A DNA stretch of 62,797 bases, counting the filler, from Rhabdomonas costata (Eukaryota): NCBI GenBank assembly GCA_019059605.1. It is 40 parts of 40 records of this genome, joined end to end, with 100 filler letters (N's around TTAATTAATTAA, not from the genome) between each part and the next. Parts side by side here need not be neighbours in the genome. Positions count along the whole stretch, not along the records: positions 1 to 1,474 come from JAHMHO010015012.1; positions 1,575 to 3,048 come from JAHMHO010015013.1; positions 3,149 to 4,622 come from JAHMHO010015014.1; positions 4,723 to 6,195 come from JAHMHO010015015.1; positions 6,296 to 7,768 come from JAHMHO010015016.1; positions 7,869 to 9,341 come from JAHMHO010015017.1; positions 9,442 to 10,914 come from JAHMHO010015018.1; 33 more parts are not named here. One strand, given 5' to 3'. Made by a program: the position numbers and the translations under genes. Shown here piece after piece: positions 1 through 10,639 of the stretch (positions are counted from its first letter, which is position 1; each line of letters begins with the position of its first letter). The notes under the pieces are model-generated. The model saw only the letters and a program-made list of their open reading frames with translations. It had not been told where the DNA came from and made no database searches.

Positions 1-54
1 TTGTTGTGGGCTTTTGTCGGATTCTTGTGCTCCCCCTCCGTATGATTTGGTAGA

Positions 55-1454
55 ATGGAGGAAGGCGGTTCCACCCCCCACTTCGAGGTGTGGAGGGGCG
101 ACATCTGGCCCGCGCTGGCCTCCCACCCGGAGACCAGGAAGCATGTCGCGGACCCTGGGTTTGTGGCCGCAGTGAAGGCTATTCAGCAGGACCCGGCCAA
201 AGAGCTGCCCAAGCACATGGGGGACCCGCGGGTGATGCAGGTCTGCGCGAGGGGACGGAAGTAGGGTTCTCAAAAGGGCACCTGAGATTTCTCAGCTTTA
301 GTTACGTTAAATATAGTTTTGCCGGGATAACCGTGCTGGTTTTGAGGAGTACGGAGATAGAGTGATCGTTACGAACTGTTGCAAGCTCTGCATTTTTTCT
401 GAGTACTCAAAAAAGTACTTTGGCGGATGCACCTAAGCAGTGCGCATTGTGGAATGACGTGCCCATCGGCGACGTGCTTCGGGTGATAAGTGATGGATGC
501 CGCATTCTCCAAATGACAGCTTGATAGAAAGCTGCATTAGCGAATGCTTATGCATGATGTTCCAGTCCTTCACGATTGGTTTCATTTGATGGGCAGCTGC
601 CCAAGAGAAAAGAAAACTCGACCCGGCAGAGAAGCGGAGATGGAGCTCTCACTCATTGGGAAGCTTGATCTTCAAGTCGGAATTCGTTCTAAGTTGGAAG
701 TGTTTTTCATTTGGGCTTTCCACATGCGCCAAGCACTCGCTGGAGTCGCTAAAACGGGTATTCGACAGTTTATGGGACGCCAATTCAGGATCATCATCCC
801 GGGGTTGGGCGTATAGAACAATGATTTCAGGTTACGGACTCAGGTTGTGGTTAAACAGCCGATTCAAGCACACTCCAGCTCGTTCAATTATGAGACCATC
901 ACCATCGTGAGGCAAGAGGCCAGTGCAGGTTGTTGTACAGAGTGAAAATTTGGGTTTATCTGCGGTTTTTCTCTCAGGCCATGATGTTACTGATGGGCCA
1001 GGGCCTGAAAGTGAGTGAGGAGGATCTGCAAGAGGCAGAACGGCAGGTCAGCCCTCTTTCCTTTCGCATCCCTTCCCTTCCCTTCCTCTCTGCACATCGC
1101 GTGTGTGCAGTGTAGTTTTCCTTTTGCCCAGTTGAGATTGTCCCGCTGTCATTTCAGCTGTAGGCTCTGCCATGCAGCAGTTGCAGTACTTCTGCTGTGT
1201 TTTTTCTCTTGAATCGTGACCCCCAAATCCCCAACCTTCCCTCTCATTTAGGGCATTAATGTGCCCTTCTTTTCGAATGTAAGCTCCGTGTGTCCTTCGC
1301 ACCGTAACGATACGCATATAAGAAGGCCGGTTGTGGCGGGGCGGTGGGCTTACACCCAGGGACACATGGACAGGCGCTCTCCTGTCCTGCTGGAGCACAA
1401 GGAGGCCGCCATGGTCATCCCCACTGCCACGGAAGCCAAGGAACAGGGCAACAA
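55..1454 (+). CDS. STI1/HOP DP-domain protein followed by the start of a TPR (5' part of gene)
   Basis: Exons 55-240, 978-1046 and 1360-1454 join in frame across GT-AG introns. LASHPETRKHVADPGF..IQQDP..HMGDPRVMQAMMLLMG is an STI1 domain; EAKEQGN begins a TPR. Confidence 0.8.
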
Positions 1455-1474
1455 GTGTGCAAACACCCCACCCC

Positions 1475-1574
1475 NNNNNNNNNNNNNNNNNNNNNNNNNN
1501 NNNNNNNNNNNNNNNNNNTTAATTAATTAANNNNNNNNNNNNNNNNNNNNNNNNNNNNNNNNNNNNNNNNNNNN
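1475..1574. other. Artificial contig spacer N44-TTAATTAATTAA-N44 (first of 39)
   Basis: Same 100-nt spacer about every 1573 bp. Contig starts: 1, 1575, 3149, 4723, 6296, 7869, 9442, 11015, 12589, 14162, 15735, 17308, 18881, 20454, 22029, 23602, 25175, 26748, 28321, 29894, 31461, 33034, 34607, 36180, 37753, 39325, 40898, 42471, 44044, 45617, 47190, 48762, 50335, 51904, 53469, 55041, 56614, 58191, 59763, 61333. Confidence 0.99.
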
Positions 1575-1672
1575 TTGTTTGCAGCTTTTTCCGGATAAAG
1601 TAGCCCTAAGGATTCGGTTCAAGCTTGAAAAGTATGAAAAGAAAGAGAGAAGGCGGGGGGGGGGGCAAGTAC

Positions 1673-2561
1673 CCTGCCCACGGCTGAGGCGGTACAGGCA
1701 GTTGTTGTAGTCCGCACCGTGGCCTCCACCGAAGACCCACACGTGCGGTCCGAGGGACACCATCGTGTGCCCGTTGCGTGGGGTAGGGGGCACTCCACTC
1801 GTAGGCACTCCTCGCCACCTCTGCGGAGGAAAAAGCGCCCCTCCTTCTAAATCACATCAATTCCGCATTGACGCACATGCACGCCACCAAATCATCTCAA
1901 GATTGCTTCTCACCACTCCACTCTGAGCAGACTTCGCATACGAATGCTGGCAACTCGGCTTGATTTCCCCCTCCTCTATCACCCCACTGACCCCTTTCCC
2001 ACGCATATTGCCTGCTTCCCATGACACCCCTTGGCAAAAGAAAACTTTTGCAGTCGTCGGCTTGATTTCAAAGGAGTCAGCGATCCCATACCCATTTTCT
2101 AATGTTTCTCGATTGGTTTTTGCAAGGCAACATACACACCCCAAGCTTGAAGTCAAATAGGAACAGGTCATTGAAAGACACCAGCTCAGCGCCTGTGATT
2201 GCGTGGGCGCCACACAAAACAGAAAGTTAGGTGCGCAGCGACGGTCATTGCATAAAAAGCAAACCACGGAGTGCATGCAGACGGAACCCATGAGAGAAGC
2301 ATCGGGCCCATGAGGCAAGCGGGGACTCGCCAAAGTCAAAAAAAAGTCAACATGAGAGGCAGCATACTGGCCAACATTCTAATAAAAACAGAAAATAATG
2401 TCTCCACGTGTCACTACGCCTCCTTTGGAGTACGTCTTTCAGTGTGTATTTGGCTCGAGCTAAAAATGCGTCGAACCTTTGTCCACAAAAGTGGCGCCCC
2501 CGAACAGTAGAAGAATCCCATCGAAGAAGCCCAGAGTCGCATGAAATCGGGGCCCTGGACC
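1673..2561 (-). CDS. Kelch-repeat protein (partial)
   Basis: Exons 2561-2477, 2192-2140 and 1820-1673 splice to GPGPRFHATLGFFDGILLLFGG..FNDLFLFDFKLGRWRGVPTSGVPPTPRNGHTMVSLGPHVWVFGG..YNNCLY, giving two Kelch motifs. Confidence 0.9.
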
Positions 2562-3148
2562 CTGCGTGTCAGCCACCGGGAAACAAAGGAGAAAACTGGA
2601 AAAAAGGTGCCAAACAAAAGACTTCTTCCCTTTTACATTGAGGACACAGCCGCAAACTTTTGAGGACATTGCTGCCCCGTAGCACAGCATGATCGCCGCT
2701 GTACTGTCCGCGTCAGGTCAAAAAAATCAAAACTCAAAAAGTGTGCACCACACTAGGCGTTTTTGGACTCATAAGCTAAAATGGTAGGTGAAACAAACTG
2801 GGATCCTGCTGCACACTGTGCACCTACCACCACCACCACTGTGCGGACCATAAACATGGGTGTACGTACGGCATTATGATCAGCACTGCAAGTGTAATCG
2901 TTATTGTTGCTGAAAATAGCAGACAAAGCTCGATTTTAAAATGCACTTTTTAGGGTCAATAATTCCCCAGCTCGAACCCCCCTTTCCCCCATTCGGTCAA
3001 TGTTGACTTTTATGGTAGTCTGGGTGCCCCATTGTGAAACAACATTGANNNNNNNNNNNNNNNNNNNNNNNNNNNNNNNNNNNNNNNNNNNNTTAATTAA
3101 TTAANNNNNNNNNNNNNNNNNNNNNNNNNNNNNNNNNNNNNNNNNNNN

Positions 3149-4603
3149 CGCCCCAGGAATCCCCCATAAGGCGGAACCGCGGCAGCTCACGGGCCACCCT
3201 CCAGCCCTCCAGGGCCTCCATCAGGAGCTCCACCACCTCACTGGGGCCCTGGGCGTCCCTGTTCACGGGGAGGGGGGCACATTCACATACCATGTGGCAT
3301 TGGAGGAGGGGCCAACTGGCGAGGTGTGTGTGTGCTTCAAACGCAGCCTCGGTTTCTTCGCACGGGAAGCACTTTGGTGTTGGCCGCTCTGGGCGCATAG
3401 GGCTACGATGCGATACACATGCTCCTGAAGTTTTTCTTAAATCTCTTGAGTCGGGGATCACAGCGGAGTTTATAAGAATAGTATCTGCAGTCATAAATTC
3501 TGTATAGTGTCTCCGGTCACGTAGGAAGTGTCCCTATATGCGTGGTAACTGATTCGTGTTGGTATTGGCTCAAGGCCCGTTTCGAGTAGAATCCATAAAT
3601 CCTTGCGAACATGCAAGGTGTCCTGTGTGCAGGCATACAGCGCCGCCTCGGGGGCAAGGCCGCGGCCGTTGCCCGGGAGGTCCAGGTAGATCACCCGCGA
3701 GTACTGCTCCGCCAGCAAGTCCATCACCGGCAGCCACGTCATCGCCCCGGTGCTGGCCCCGTGGAACACAACCAGCACGGACTCCTCGTCCCCGGAGGGT
3801 GGCCTGCCGAAGACCTCAATGGAATGCAGCTGCCACACCCCGCTGTCCGTGGCCACCGTCCTGCGTGGGATGCGAAATTTCCCTTTTCCTTTTTCTGTCC
3901 GAGGATACGGAAGAGATTTATCTGTCTTCTCGCATCAGCCGGACAGCGCGGTCTCCTGCGGGGCAAAAGAAAACGGACTTTTGAATGCCGTAACTAAGAT
4001 ATCCGCACCAGGTCCTCCAGTCCTGCTCCGGTCCCGGGGGGTGCATGCCGAAAGTAACCCAGCGAGGGATGCGAAATTTCCCTTTTCCTCTTTCTGACGG
4101 GTGATGTTCCTCTACTCACTCGCATCAGCCGGACGCAGCCGTCCTGAAACGTTTCAGCGTGTGGGGTTGGGTCAGATGCCAAAGACCCATGTCGCGAAGG
4201 GTGCTGCTGGAATCTCCAGGCACACATGACCGCACGGCTCCACGCGCACCCTTGGTACCCCATTAATACAATATCTTGCTGCGTTTTGGCCAACTCAAGA
4301 TTCACTAGTAACCGAGCCAACGGTTGAACGTGAACTCAGAGAGACAAAAAACTGGGGCAAATTCGCTCGACGAGCCCCCCGCCCGCGCACCTGTAGTCGT
4401 GGGCCCAGCGGTGGCTCAGCGCAGCCAGCAGCTCGTTCTCGGCGGCCTCTAGGGCCTCCTCTGTGGTGGGCTGGCGATGACTGCCTCCGCGGCCAGCCAA
4501 TAACTGCAGCACCCCAGAGAGCATCTCTTGGGCACGCACCCCCCATCGCAGGGGCAGCCCCAGCACCGGGCCCTCGCCGTAAGCCTTGGCCCACCCCAGA
4601 AGA
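3149..4603 (-). CDS. Alpha/beta hydrolase, ABHD4/5-like (partial)
   Basis: Exons 4603-4391, 3860-3639 and 3258-3149 (GT-AG, phases match). Motifs EAAENELL, LVVFHG, YLDLPGNG, LEGWR and nucleophile elbow GDSWG. Confidence 0.8.
3867..4147. repeat. Degenerate intronic direct repeat, 2 copies of about 80-90 bp
   Basis: GGGATGCGAAATTTCCCTTTTCCT...CTCGCATCAGCCGGAC at about 3867 and about 4066. Confidence 0.85.
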
Positions 4604-4755
4604 CTGCTATTGACAACAACCCNNNNNNNNNNNNNNNNNNNNNNNNNNNNNNNNNNNNNNNNNNNNTTAATTAATTAANNNNNNNNNNNNNNNNNNNNNN
4701 NNNNNNNNNNNNNNNNNNNNNNTTGTGGTGGTCACCTGTTTTGTTGTATTTGCAG

Positions 4756-6113
4756 TGGATCCCTCAGCTGCGAACTTCGCGCAGGAGAACGAGGTTTCGG
4801 AACTCAGCGGCAGGCTGTACCGGCATTTCAGCAGCGCTGCGTTTTCGTCTTTCGATGAAAAATCTGAAAAGGAATGCGTTTGCGTTGGTTTTTGAGTTCT
4901 GGAAAGCTCGGCTCTTTCGTAGCAATGCAAGCAATGCAAGCCCTCACACTGGAGAACGTATCTTGCGTATCGTTTTGCTGTTCTACACTGAGCTTTTTAT
5001 ATGGGAGGTCGTCTGATTTTCTGCGTGGTTGTGGGGAAGAACTGACCTCATGCAACACGTTAATGTCGGCCTATTTGGATGCCCCACCCCCTTTCTTCTT
5101 CAGGGTTTTTACAAGACCTTCGCGAAGCTCTTCAATGATGTTTTCGAATTGGAGAATTCGGGATCCAGTCCTCTTCCCCAGTCCACACGGTACGCCTGGG
5201 ATGCGCTTGGCATTGTCCATCACCCCCTTTTTCTTCGTGAATGCTCAGCGTCGGATTGGTCACAACGTTTACAAGAAAGGTTCTCCTTTCCTCAACTGCT
5301 CGACGGCTCCACTGCGCACCACCAACCTCGGCGCTTTCACTGTACCCCTAGACCTCCTGCGTTCGGAGGACCTTCCACGCCGTATGACGAGGTGGAGGCG
5401 TTCTACGACTACTGGATGCGGTTCACCAGCCGACTATCCTTTGGCTTTGCGGAGAAATACAACCCTAGTGAGGTATTCCTCAAATCCAACTTAAGAACCC
5501 GTGCACGTGCACGTGCAGCTGGGATTTGGCATCGGTTTTTTTTATGCAAGTGAACCCCCACGGTTATCCCTAAATCAGGCGTTTCTTCTTTTTTCGGCGC
5601 AGGCAATGAATCGGGAGGTAAAGCGGGCCATTGAGAAGGAGAACAAGCGCGCCCGCGACGCCGAGAGAGTCAAGTACAACTCGCTCGTGCGGGTTTGCCG
5701 CACAATGTCATTAGCGAGGGCATTGGGGGGGGGGGCAGATGGTTTCACACGCAGCCGATGGTTTGTTAGCAAATTCCAATTACCTCTTGAGGTGGCTGCT
5801 GGTCGGTTGACCAGCTTCAGAGGCCTGCGATGACGGCTGGCCGATATACGGAGAGGGCGTCTTGGGACGACTTGGAGGTATCTGTCAGCGAAACGAAAAC
5901 TGTCACATGATGCTGCCAGGCCTCTGCCCTTTGACAGCAGCTGTTGCCGCTATTATCCTCCCCCTGTCCTGCACCCCTCCCAGAACCTCGCCCTGCATGT
6001 CAAGAAGAGGGACCCCCGGGTGCTGGCCTTCCTGAGCCAGCAGAAGGCAAAGATACAGGAGGAGGCCCGCAAGGCCAAGGCCAAAGCACAGGCCCGAATG
6101 GCAGCGGAGAGAG
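4756..6113 (+). CDS. DNAJC21: DnaJ subfamily C member 21 / Jjj1-like, zuotin homology region (partial)
   Basis: Exons 4756-4871 (or 4877), 5104-5189, 5352-5472, 5603-5692 and 5984-6113: HFSSAAFSSFD..GFYKTFAKLF..PAFG..VEAFYDYWMRF..NREVKRAIEKENKRARDAER..VRNLALHVKKRDPRV. Confidence 0.9.
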
Positions 6114-6587
6114 GTCACCTGCCCCACCTCCCTTCGAGGCTGCCCACTCCCCACCAACACACCCAAACACTCTCTCGCTTCCTCTGTCTCTCACCNNNNN
6201 NNNNNNNNNNNNNNNNNNNNNNNNNNNNNNNNNNNNNNNTTAATTAATTAANNNNNNNNNNNNNNNNNNNNNNNNNNNNNNNNNNNNNNNNNNNNGTGTT
6301 GGGGTGTGTTTGGTTACCTTACCCTGCTGCCATCTGGACCTCACTTCCCTCCACTCTCCACTTGCCCGGGCATCTCCTCGTGCCTGGTGGGCCCTTCATA
6401 TTGCTTCCTCGCTCCCTCTCTGGTCTCCCGCTCCTCGCTGCCATTCTCCCCTTCTCTCCTGCTGAACCGGGCTGCCCCTGTCCCACGGCAAGCTTTCCGC
6501 GCTGCTCTCCTCGCTGCCACTCGCCACTGTTGAGGGCTCCTTTTCTTGCTTGATCCAGCCAGCTCTCTCCGGGGGAAACACACACAC

Positions 6588-7439
6588 CTTGGAGTAGATT
6601 GACCGTAGAGTGGGGCAAGACTTCCACAGCGGCACTCCAGGCCCCAGCACCTGGTCCACCGCCGTCAAAGCGTTCTCCGAGCGCTCGGGGTGGGCCAGGC
6701 ACATCCTCACCACGGCCTCCATCACAGTGGCACAGCTGGGCAGCCGGCCCACACCAGCCATCCACAGTGGCAACCGGGGTGGGGGTGGGGGACCGCTGCT
6801 GCTGCTGCTGCTCGACCCCGTGGGGTCTTCGCCAAGATCGGCCGGAGCGGGGGTGCCCATGGGACCGTCATCCTATGCACCCACAGGGCAGCTCTGAGGG
6901 CTGATTTCACGACGACGCAACGACCAAACGGTCACCCCCGCAAAGACCTCTTTGAAAAACATGTTGGGTGCTCATAACAAACAAAATATTCTGTAAGCAT
7001 GTGATTTCCTTGCCATCGGGGCAGGTGAAGAGGTTTGGAGCCCCCCCAATTCAGCAACCGTGCTGCACGTCAAACATGGGGCAGCATGAGCCGATGCATA
7101 AAAGGCTGGTCAGAGAAACGGACCAGAAGCGTCCGTGAATAGAACCGCGTCAACCCAAAGAGCAAAGAGCTTTTGAGAAACACCACTGAGCACAACGAAA
7201 TCCTTGCCAAATGCTGCAAACCATTCATATTACCTACTTTATCTCAAAGCCCCGAAAACCCACCACCCAGGCCTTGTGACATCATACTTCGTTGTCAACA
7301 AAGTCATGGGAGTCCTCCATACTCAGCAGCGCCTCCTGCACCCGCTCCAGCTCACTGTCCTCCTCGTCGTCGTGGCTGGAGGCGGGGCGCGCCTCTCCGC
7401 TTCCCGTGCCTCGCGCCCTCGCAACGAACCTCTCCAGGC
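6588..7439 (-). CDS. Hypothetical protein (2 exons, partial)
   Basis: Exons 7439-7288 and 6872-6588 are GC-rich with a phase-0 GT-AG join (..DFVDNE|DDGPMG..). No family recognised. Confidence 0.55.
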
Positions 7440-8233
7440 CTGCGTCGGGGGAAGGGAAGGGAGAAGGCATGGATCTTTCGTGGAGGGGGAGAAGAAGAGC
7501 ATTGGAACAACGAGTAAGACATTTGTGCAAGTATGGTGATGCACCGGGTCACGGTTCTGAGCAGCCAAGCGTCCTTTTTTCAGCACGCCCGTTGGCTATT
7601 TATCGACTGGTGCCCATACCACACTGCCTCCCCTTGGCACACGTGCGCGGTGCGGCTTCTCTCCGCTGCCATGGCTGACTCTCTCACTGCGATGGCTCAA
7701 ACGGTGGCGCAGTCAATGCTGTGCGGCATGGACGGCGGACGCATGCAACTGCGCGTTGCGAAGACTGCNNNNNNNNNNNNNNNNNNNNNNNNNNNNNNNN
7801 NNNNNNNNNNNNTTAATTAATTAANNNNNNNNNNNNNNNNNNNNNNNNNNNNNNNNNNNNNNNNNNNNGGTTTGTGGTCAAAAGGTCCTGTTGGTGTAAG
7901 TCGGTGAACGTCGTCCAGACCAATGTCTATGTTGGTCTGCGTCAGGTGCATAGCGCGCTGGCTGGTGCCTTTTGATTGACTGTTGGTGACCACTGTGGAC
8001 TGACGGCCGCAAGCGCTGTTGGTCACGGGTGCTCGCGAGAGATACCGTTGGAGCGAATCACTCCGTGAGAAACCACTCACGGTAAAGGAACCTCCTTCTG
8101 CTCCAAGTGTGCCGGTCGCGAACATGCTCTTTCCCAACGGCCCTCACTGATCGGGTCTCTGAGGCTCTGCATTCCTTTTTTGGGGGTGCAATCACATCAG
8201 AGCCACATGTCACCCAGTAACTCAATGGTAATA

Positions 8234-8279
8234 CCCGTTGCACCTCAAAACTGAGAGATGGAAAAACGCTTCCAAAAAA
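8234..8279 (+). repeat. Dispersed repeat, copy 1 (copy 2 at 15736-15782, minus strand)
   Basis: CCCGTTGCACCTCAAAACTGAGAGATGGAAAAACGCTTCCAAAAAA matches the reverse complement of the contig-11 start with about 4 mismatches. Confidence 0.85.
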
Positions 8280-8584
8280 GGGGGGGATACGTCATACTTA
8301 CAGAGGTTTGAGGTGTGGGAAATTCTGTTTTTCCACCCACGGAGTGCGCCTGCGGCACTTTTTCTTTCACAAATTTGCGTGGGAAAACTGGGTGCCATTT
8401 TTTTCATTGTCAAAAAAAATGCAGTGGTGTGTCTCAGTGGTTGCTAAAAGGAAATTGAAGGAACCCGATAATTTTGATGTTCATCTCAGAGATTCGACGG
8501 TTTGGCATTAGCTTCGAAATTCCAACTCAAACCATGCATCGCTTTTACCTCCCTCCACCTCGTTGCAGAAATGTATTACTCCAG

Positions 8585-9324
8585 TTAGAAACCCATTTGC
8601 ATCGTCCATCGCCGCTGAATTGCTCAGAACCAAGCAGTATAATAATCCACGCGCAGCCACCGTAAGCATGTGGCTCTTTAATGCCGAAATGAGCCGAACA
8701 TCTTGTCTCGCGTGGCCTTCCTTTTTGGGGCGAGGAAGCACATACCTCCTGAAGCTCCAGCTCAAGAAACCAGACAGTGTACATCTCGATCAGGGTGCTC
8801 GCAATGCACGCACCCAGGAAGGAGCCCAGCCCGGTGCCCACCCCAGGGACGACAAGCGAACTGCCCAAAGTGCACAAACATATTCAAGAGCCAACGCAAG
8901 ACCAAGGGGAATGACCCGGCACAGAGGCAGTCGGCGGAAACGAAACACCGAAGCAAGGGTGGCGAATCATAAGAGTGGGGGCTGTAGAATGCGGAAGGGG
9001 GAGAGGGAAGGGATGTGTCCCGCCATACCGAGTTATGACCAAGCTGAGACAAAAAGGTAAACTGGCCGATTGCCAGCGCCATTGTTGTAGCCCGAGCTTC
9101 GATTTCATTTCAGCATATGCATACCACACAAGCCAGGAACAATGCCCCTGCCCGGAAATGCAAGTGCCCCCAGATGAGCAAACTGTCATGCACATATACC
9201 CTGCGCTGGCTCCCGCCAGTGCACCCCCGACGGAGGCCACGGCGGAGGCGGCATTGGTGATCGTTTTTCGGCGGTACCACGTGCGGCTCAGAGAGCCTCG
9301 GACAAGCCAGGCTGTGTTCAGCCC
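8585..9324 (-). CDS. Glycine-zipper-like membrane protein, C-terminal part
   Basis: Exons 9324-9200, 8860-8746 and probably 8614-8585: ASVGGALAGASAGSLVVPGVGTGLGSFLGACIAS..ELQE|RRWTMQMGF*. Confidence 0.6.
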
Positions 9325-9610
9325 CTGGCGGGCGACAAACANNNNNNNNNNNNNNNNNNNNNNNNNNNNNNNNNNNNNNNNNNNNTTAATTAATTAANNN
9401 NNNNNNNNNNNNNNNNNNNNNNNNNNNNNNNNNNNNNNNNNTTTTGCTTTGCTTTGCACGAGAATCTCAGCCTCCCCTCTCCGAGGCTCGAATGATGATA
9501 ATAATAGTAGTAGTAGTAAACGCCCATTTCCGTGTGACCCTTGACTAGTGCATGTGCGTTTTTACACCCAAAAAACTCGTTTGCATTCATTCTTCCACAG
9601 AGAGAAATAC

Positions 9611-10639
9611 CATGGATGCCTTGCTGCTGGGAATGCATGAAGACGGGGGTGGTGAAGAAGTGCGTCGCCAGGACGCAGCTGTCCGGAGGGTAGGTCTTGG
9701 GCTTCGCCAGATCCACCACCACTCGGGGAAAGTCCGGGACTCCAGCACGAAAGCCCCAGTGCAAGGTCAGGTTGCTCCCACCGAAGGGTGACTGGTTTCC
9801 ACCCTGCGTGCTGCCATTAAAGAGCGACTGGTTCCCATTCTGTGAAGAGAGCAAGATGAAACCAACCAAGTGGCCTTGAGATCAAAAAGTGGTGTGAATG
9901 AAAGCGAACGTGAAGATGACATTTTGTGATCGTTTTTTTTCAATCAGACAATGAGCACGAGCAATGGCGAGCTCTAAGAAAACACCGCACCTTTAGAGAA
10001 GCGTTGCGCCACGAAGGATCGTCCGGAGTGCTGAGACCAGACGGCAGCCCGGGCGGGGAAGTGGGAGGGAGCAATCACTACACAGATGACAGCCATTCAA
10101 GTGGCATCTGGGACTTTTAATGGAGGGAGAGCAAACCCACAAATTCAAAACCACACTCAGTTAAGTGCACCCTTCTCATGAACCTGCACCGTAAGCCGTG
10201 AGTTGTCCTTCCATTTAAGGTGTCCGAAAGATTCCATTTATCCAGCAAAATGATATCAACTGAATCACATCAGGTCAGCACCCTTTTTCCAGTGTGCTTT
10301 ATATTGGCATGAGTGCGATTTAAAAATTCCGTAGAAATCGGCCGCCCCAAAAAATTCGGTTCAAAAGAGTGACTTTCCCACATCCGCCGAGCCGCAGCGC
10401 CGGCCTCAGCAAGAGAGAGGCTCTCGGGGAGACCGCCCCGATGATCCCCAGCGAAACCGCCGCAGCAATGCATGATGCCATCCCAGGCGAGTGGAGACAG
10501 CAGTCGCCACAGTCCCCAAAGGCAGCATGAGCAGCAGCAGCAGCGGAGTCACCGCAAATAGAACAGACCGGGAACTCCACCCTCCAGCAATGCTCGTCAT
10601 CGGCACATTGTCAGCATCTCCAGAATCAGCGGTATCCAT
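9611..10639 (-). CDS. Hypothetical type II membrane protein (5' part)
   Basis: ATG at 10639 and a hydrophobic VLFAVTPLLLLLMLPLG segment. Splices via GT-AG to RTPDDPSWRNASLK|NGNQSLFNG..FPRVVVDL..CVLATHFF. Confidence 0.45.

Noticed and set aside
1519..1530. Periodic TTAATTAATTAA as a CRISPR-like or biological repeat
   Set aside because: It is always flanked by 44 Ns on each side; a six-frame-stop concatenation linker.
9988..10460. Euglenid non-conventional intron or TGA read-through in contig 7
   Set aside because: A downstream acceptor (ggtctcag|C) restores the frame with a normal GT-AG intron. No non-conventional (CAG..CTG paired) intron was needed in any gene I could splice.
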